A DNA stretch of 64,000 nt. Origin: Planctomycetota bacterium. GTDB lineage: Bacteria > Planctomycetota > UBA1135 > GCA-002748355. The stretch lies in the NCBI GenBank assembly GCA_002685965.1, contig NYZE01000058.1, forward strand, positions 3,458 through 67,457. The letters are read 5' to 3'. The translations under genes were made by a program, and so were the position numbers. Shown in pieces: positions 61,560 through 64,000 of the stretch. Positions within the stretch are counted from its first letter, which is position 1, and each line of letters begins with the position of its first letter. The notes beneath the pieces were generated by a model. It was not told the DNA's origin. It made no database searches and worked only from the letters and a program-made list of their open reading frames with translations.

Positions 61560-63398
61560 CTATCGATTCTTGTGGCGTAGCACTTCGAGTGCCTTCAACT
61601 TCTCGTTGTAGGCGCGAGAAATCGCCCGGCGGGGCATCATGCCGAGCAAGTGTTGCGGGTCGTCGTCGGCGACGACGGGGAGTTCGTCGAGGTGCTTGAT
61701 ATTGAACGTCGTCAACGCGGTGTGCAGATCGTCGTCCGGGCTCAGAGTGATGGGCGTATCCACCATCAAGTCGGCGGCGATGGCGATCCCGTGGAGCGCA
61801 TCGTCGTACGTGTACTCCCGGACGTCGTGCGCCGAGAAGATGCCGACGAAACGGCCTTCCTGGTCGAGCACAGGGAAGTAGTCATCGTGGCTGCGAGCAA
61901 CGATCTTGACGATCTCGCTCAGCGGCGCGTTCTCGGCGACGGTAGTCATGAGACTCGCCGCTTCCTCCCGTTCGAACACATCGGAGACGAACATCTTCTC
62001 CAGCAACGGTGTCAGAAACTCGCCACGGTGCGCGCTTGATTGGGTGCGGTTGTCGACCTGCTTCTCGTAGATGGTCCAGCGCGAGCTCAAGATGAACGTG
62101 AGCGCGCAGACCCACATGGCAGGCAGCAGCAGCTCGTAGGATCCGGTCATCTCGCTGACCATGATGATGGTCGAGATCGGCGTCTTGGCCGCCCCGGCGA
62201 AGAAGCCGCACATCCCGACCACCATGAAGCACGCCGGATTGGTCACCCACCCGGCCTGCTGCCCAATGATGCCGACCGCGCCACCGACACCGCCGCCGAT
62301 CACCATGCTCGGGCCGAAGACCCCGCCCGAGCCGCCGCTCGAGATGGTCAGCGCCGTCGTCACGATCTTGCCGAGCGCCACCATCAGCAGCAGCTGCGCA
62401 CCGGCCGACCCCGTGATCTTGCCATCGAACGTCTCCTGCAGGACGCCGTAGCCGTAAGACAGGACCGAGAGCACGTTCTCGTCGCCGTTGTAGGACCAAA
62501 GCGCGAGAGCAACCGCGCCAGTCAGCCCACCGCCGATGGCAGCCTTCGCGGTGCGTGGCCCGGGCAGGCGCGCGAACAGACGCTCGACGCCGTAGAACAC
62601 CTTGATGTTCATGAAGACGGCGGGCACGAGCACGAGCGCAAGCACCGTGTATGGCAAGAGCTCCTCGACCCGCGTGAACGTGAAGCCCTCGGAGAGTCGA
62701 AACAACGTCCCGAAGTCGCCGTGCCACCCGCAGAACCCGCAGTAGGCCACGGCCGACGCGATGAAAGACGGCATCACGACGTCGGACTCGAACTCCGACT
62801 CGCGATACAGGATCTCCGCTGCGAACAACGCTCCGGCAAGCGGTGCACGGAAGATCGAACCCACTCCGGCACCCATCCCAGCGGCCAAGAGAATCCGGCG
62901 ATGACGCACTGTCAGATTCAGGACACGCCCGAGGAAGGAGCCGAAACCGGCGCCGATCTGGGCAATCGGCCCCTCGCGGCCGCCGCTGCCGCCCGTGCCG
63001 AGTGACAGCGCCGTGGCCAGCGCCTTGATGAACGGAACCCGCGTGCGCACGAGACCGTCCTTGTTGTGGTAGGCGTCGATGACCGCGTCGGTCCCGTGCC
63101 CGGCCGCTTCGGGGGCAAACCTCGCCAGCCACCCGCTGCAGAAACCACCGAGGGCCGGTACCAGGATGAGCGCAACTCCGACCCACAAGGTCAGGTCCAG
63201 CTGTTCGCCATGCACGAGGAACAGCGGCACCTCGCCCGCTGGCTCGGTCGCTTCGTAGCCAACGCCGACGGTGAGGGCGACATGAGCAACGATCCGGCTC
63301 AGATAGTCGAAAAGCACCGCGGCCATACCGGCAGCCAAGCCGACGATCGCGGCAAGGCCATACATGGACCCAGTGCTCTTCCAGACGACCCGTCCCAT
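61560..63398 (-). CDS. ClC-family chloride channel/H+-Cl- exchanger with C-terminal CBS pair
   Basis: Selectivity motifs GSGGREGPIAQIG and GGSGGVFGPSMVIG; the gating-Glu context is present. The C-terminus has two CBS-like units (VAENAPLSEIVKIV...FPVLDQEGRFVGIFS; ...LDELPVVADDD). Confidence 0.95.
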   Translation of the reverse strand: MGRVVWKSTGSMYGLAAIVGLAAGMAAVLFDYLSRIVAHVALTVGVGYEATEPAGEVPLFLVHGEQLDLTLWVGVALILVPALGGFCSGWLARFAPEAAGHGTDAVIDAYHNKDGLVRTRVPFIKALATALSLGTGGSGGREGPIAQIGAGFGSFLGRVLNLTVRHRRILLAAGMGAGVGSIFRAPLAGALFAAEILYRESEFESDVVMPSFIASAVAYCGFCGWHGDFGTLFRLSEGFTFTRVEELLPYTVLALVLVPAVFMNIKVFYGVERLFARLPGPRTAKAAIGGGLTGAVALALWSYNGDENVLSVLSYGYGVLQETFDGKITGSAGAQLLLMVALGKIVTTALTISSGGSGGVFGPSMVIGGGVGGAVGIIGQQAGWVTNPACFMVVGMCGFFAGAAKTPISTIIMVSEMTGSYELLLPAMWVCALTFILSSRWTIYEKQVDNRTQSSAHRGEFLTPLLEKMFVSDVFEREEAASLMTTVAENAPLSEIVKIVARSHDDYFPVLDQEGRFVGIFSAHDVREYTYDDALHGIAIAADLMVDTPITLSPDDDLHTALTTFNIKHLDELPVVADDDPQHLLGMMPRRAISRAYNEKLKALEVLRHKNR

Positions 63399-63477
63399 CC
63401 CGAGACGCTAGCGGGCTGTTGCGACGCGAGATACCGACAAGTCTCAAACCGCCACCAAGGTATGATCCACGCCAAGC

Positions 63478-64000
63478 ATGTCCCGGGTCGCTCTCGTTAC
63501 CGGCGGCGCGCGCGGGATCGGTCGCGCCACCGTCCGTGCACTCGCCGCCGACGGTTGGTCAGTGGCCTTCTCCTACCGCACGGCGGAGGACGAGGCGCGC
63601 CAGCTCCACGACGAGCTCCGGTCCCTGGACGCGCCGGTGCTGACCACCCGGTGCGATGCGTCGAGCCATGAAGCCTGTGCCGAGTTGGTCGAGCGAGTCG
63701 TTTCCGACCTCGGTCCGATCCACGCCCTCGTCAACTGCATTGGTGCCTATCGCAGCGTACCGCTGCTGGAGGAAACCGTTGCGGGCTGGCACGGCATGCT
63801 CGACCACAACCTGCACCCGGTCTTCTACCTTTGCCGGCTAGTCGTGCGACCCATGATCGAAGCCGGCGGCGGACGCATCATCAACTTCAGCATCGCGCAC
63901 GCCGACCGCGCCGCGGGTCAGACGCGGATCACGGCGCACTACGCGGCCAAGGTCGGGGTCCTCGTCCTGACGCGATCGTTTGCCAAGGAGGTCGCACGGC
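63478..64000 (+). CDS. Short-chain dehydrogenase/reductase (FabG-like), 3' end outside window
   Basis: Not in the ORF track because there is no stop before the window end. ATG 63478 translates to MSRVALVTGGARGIGRATVRALAADGW... with a TGxxxGIG Rossmann motif and a later YAAKVG (YxxxK) motif. Confidence 0.85.
   Translation, partial: MSRVALVTGGARGIGRATVRALAADGWSVAFSYRTAEDEARQLHDELRSLDAPVLTTRCDASSHEACAELVERVVSDLGPIHALVNCIGAYRSVPLLEETVAGWHGMLDHNLHPVFYLCRLVVRPMIEAGGGRIINFSIAHADRAAGQTRITAHYAAKVGVLVLTRSFAKEVAR

Noticed and set aside
61882-63447. 521-aa minus-strand ORF in an alternative frame of the ClC channel gene
   Set aside because: It lies on the same strand as the ClC gene but out of frame, and is Arg/Gly/Pro-rich. 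The ClC frame carries the GREGP and GGVFGPS selectivity motifs and CBS domains.
1-64000. Search for CRISPR arrays, tRNA/rRNA genes, transposases, integrases, phage genes, toxin-antitoxin pairs or known defence systems
   Set aside because: I saw no spaced direct-repeat array and no tRNA-like T-arm in any intergenic gap. One GGTTCGAG near 17043 sits at the 3' end of the FG-GAP gene and lacks the rest of a tRNA. I found no recombinase or nuclease motifs in any credible ORF. The composition looks uniform, so I see no evidence of a horizontally acquired island.

Overview
This is a 64-kb window of a high-G+C bacterial chromosome, about two-thirds G+C by eye (not computed). It is densely packed with roughly 47 protein-coding genes. 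I found no rRNA, tRNA, CRISPR array, transposase, integrase or prophage signature. All family assignments come from reading the supplied translations for motifs I recognise; no searches were run.

Layout:
1. nt 1-13726: a seven-gene plus-strand operon of secreted and membrane proteins, chained by four ATGA start/stop overlaps. It encodes a membrane-anchored protein (5' truncated by the window), a 1476-aa PQQ-like beta-propeller protein, two paralogous prenyltransferase/terpene-cyclase-like proteins, a DUF4175-like TM protein, a 1009-aa secreted coiled-coil protein and a small Q/R/K-rich secreted protein.
2. 13.7-19.2 kb (minus strand): FG-GAP/VCBS lipoprotein, sugar nucleotidyltransferase, secreted amidohydrolase with degenerate metal motifs, and a LarE-type PP-loop sulfur transferase.
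3. 19.3-23 kb: nfeD-floA-small TM gene (flotillin operon).
4. 27.8-35.4 kb (minus strand): ECF sigma, TM protein, TolC-like OMP and periplasmic HEAT protein, followed by the most unusual gene. That gene is an MglA-type small GTPase fused in frame to a complete histidine kinase.
5. Housekeeping genes: tsaE, thiL, egtD-like, aceB-aceA, pepN, msrB, a ClC channel, a CDF transporter and an SDR.
6. A permease-Usp-Usp-EIIA(Ntr) fusion preceded by two small paralogous membrane proteins.
7. Two divergent sulfatases, an EF-hand lipoprotein, a BNR/sialidase-like protein, and a GT4 plus inositol-monophosphatase-like pair.

The gene content (sulfatases, VCBS, CarboxypepD_reg, HEAT, a PVC-type cytochrome tail) suggests a Planctomycetota/PVC-like or similar marine high-GC lineage. 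That is inference only.

Many long ORFs in the track are antisense or alternate-frame artefacts of high G+C. The track also counts GTG/TTG as starts, so several starts were moved to internal ATGs that give signal peptides or canonical N-termini.
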